IMG/VR virus record: IMGVR_UViG_3300011113_000491
Span: 32,001-96,000 of that record
DNA: 64,000 nucleotides
Strand: one strand, 5' to 3'
From: a virus
The position numbers and the translations under genes are program-made. Under the pieces are notes generated by a model. That model had not been told where the DNA came from. It saw only the letters and a program-made list of their open reading frames with translations, and searched no databases. Positions within the stretch are counted from its first letter, which is position 1; each line of letters starts with the position of its first letter. Below, piece by piece: positions 62,681 to 64,000 of this stretch.

Positions 62681-63313
62681 ATGCAGGAAGTAGATCTTAT
62701 TAAAGAGTTTAGTTTTAATTATTGGATCGAACTTGGGATTGCGGTTGGAGTTGCTGTTGGTGCTGCTGTGTGGAAATTGTGGCCAAAGAAAAAAGAAGAA
62801 ATAGAAGATCATATGGACTGGAGAGTTCATAGTGACATACACGAACAACTAACAGAACTAAGAGTTCTCTCGGATGCTGCCAGAGCACAATTAATTCGTT
62901 TCCACAATGGCGAATACTTTATGGATGGTGTGTCCATGAGAAAACTTTCTCTGACTCATGAATCTGTTTCTCGTGGAGTCGCTGCTGAAGGTGACAAAAA
63001 AACAAATCTACTCATCTCCCTTTTTGCACCACTCATTGAAAAGATAATCAACAATTCAGCAGACATGCATTTCATGACATCCGAAAGAGAAGGATTTCAT
63101 AAGTCTTTCATGGAGATATCAAATGTAAACTCTTTTATGGTTCTTCCAGTAAAGTACAAGAACAACATCTCTGGGTATCTTATGCTACAGTGGTGCAGTC
63201 CAACAAAGACAAAGAAGGCAATAAATAATATAGTTCAAACATCTAAACTTATAACAGATGCAAGAGACAGAATACAAGTTCTTCTTGAAGAACAAACGAG
63301 GGTGAAGAAATGA
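62681..63313 (+). CDS. Single-TM protein with GAF-like C-terminal domain (holin T-like architecture)
   Basis: N-terminal TM helix; RA....FHNG...S.THE....GV; LPV......GYL.L. Confidence 0.55.
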   Translation: MQEVDLIKEFSFNYWIELGIAVGVAVGAAVWKLWPKKKEEIEDHMDWRVHSDIHEQLTELRVLSDAARAQLIRFHNGEYFMDGVSMRKLSLTHESVSRGVAAEGDKKTNLLISLFAPLIEKIINNSADMHFMTSEREGFHKSFMEISNVNSFMVLPVKYKNNISGYLMLQWCSPTKTKKAINNIVQTSKLITDARDRIQVLLEEQTRVKK

Positions 63314-64000
63314 AGGGATTGAAGAAAGCAAAAACACCTGAAGAAATTGCAAAAGAAAAAGGTGTCCCACTTGAGGATGTCATTCGTCAATTACAGATGG
63401 GTGTAAAGGTTGAAAAAGAACACACAACCGATAAAGATATTGCAACACATATTGCTTTACAACACCTAGAAGAACTTCCAACAAAGTACTACTCGATGTT
63501 GAAGAAGATGGAAAAGGCAGCAATGAACGAAGATTTAAGAAATTGGTTCAATCCAAAACACCCGGATGGTGGATGGAAAAGAATCAATTCAAAAGGAGAG
63601 GCGGTAGGACCATGCGCGAGAGGATCAAGTTCAGAACCCAAACCAAAATGCATGTCGAACAAGAAAAGAAAACAACTCAGCAAAAAACGAAGGGCTGCGG
63701 CTGTAAGGGCAAAAAGAAAACATGATCCTGTCGCGGATCGTGCAGGAAAAGGTGGCAAACCAGTAAATGTTTCTAACTTTGGAAAGGGAAGGATATCAGA
63801 GGAAATGGAATACTTAGCAGAAAAGAATGTACCAACAAATCCAGAATTATGGTCAAAAGCAAAATCACTTGCGAGATCCAAGTTTGATGTTTATCCTTCC
63901 GCCTACGCCAATGGTTGGGCAGCCAAATGGTATAAGAATAAAGGTGGCGGATGGAAGAAGGGCAAGGTAGACGAATCAGTTCTGTTTGGAATTTTAAATA
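63310..64000 (+). CDS. Segmented late protein, truncated by the window end (DUF5661-like plus small conserved modules)
   Basis: Manual translation: MGVKVEKEHT.D...A..IAL.HL.E...YY; MNEDLRNWF; LAEKNVPTNPELW..AK...FDVYPSAYANGW. Confidence 0.75.
   Translation, partial: MKGLKKAKTPEEIAKEKGVPLEDVIRQLQMGVKVEKEHTTDKDIATHIALQHLEELPTKYYSMLKKMEKAAMNEDLRNWFNPKHPDGGWKRINSKGEAVGPCARGSSSEPKPKCMSNKKRKQLSKKRRAAAVRAKRKHDPVADRAGKGGKPVNVSNFGKGRISEEMEYLAEKNVPTNPELWSKAKSLARSKFDVYPSAYANGWAAKWYKNKGGGWKKGKVDESVLFGILN

Overview
A 64-kb segment of a large T4-like (Kyanoviridae-style) myophage genome. 1-20.8 kb: AT-rich baseplate/tail module (gp8, gp7, gp6, gp25, a giant Cys-rich hub protein, gp53, gp48, gp4, gp54, gp26/gp51) plus gp32 and gp33. 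20.8-30 kb: small middle genes, three tRNAs (Arg-UCU, Ile-UAU, Lys-UUU; two structurally non-canonical), a complete tmRNA, guaC, a DenV-like glycosylase and a planctomycete-type prepilin (DUF1559-like). 30-34.6 kb and 49.5-64 kb: late genes, many starting with an MKSFKQYLLE-type leader resembling T4 capsid-targeting sequences, plus PEP-CTERM proteins. 34.7-49.4 kb: a sharply GC-rich early island with near-consensus sigma70 promoters, leaderless starts, a MoxR AAA+/vWA pair, a kinase-like protein, a TraR/DksA finger, an acidic protein and several families of oriented intergenic repeats. Host-derived genes point to a Planctomycetota (Phycisphaerae-like) host (inference). Most notable: two candidate programmed -1 frameshifts; a triple-pseudoknot RNA ahead of tRNA-Lys; a codon-usage switch matched by the phage tRNAs; a possible envelope-decoy gene set; and the motif-delimited early island. 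All calls come from reading motifs by eye; no searches were run.
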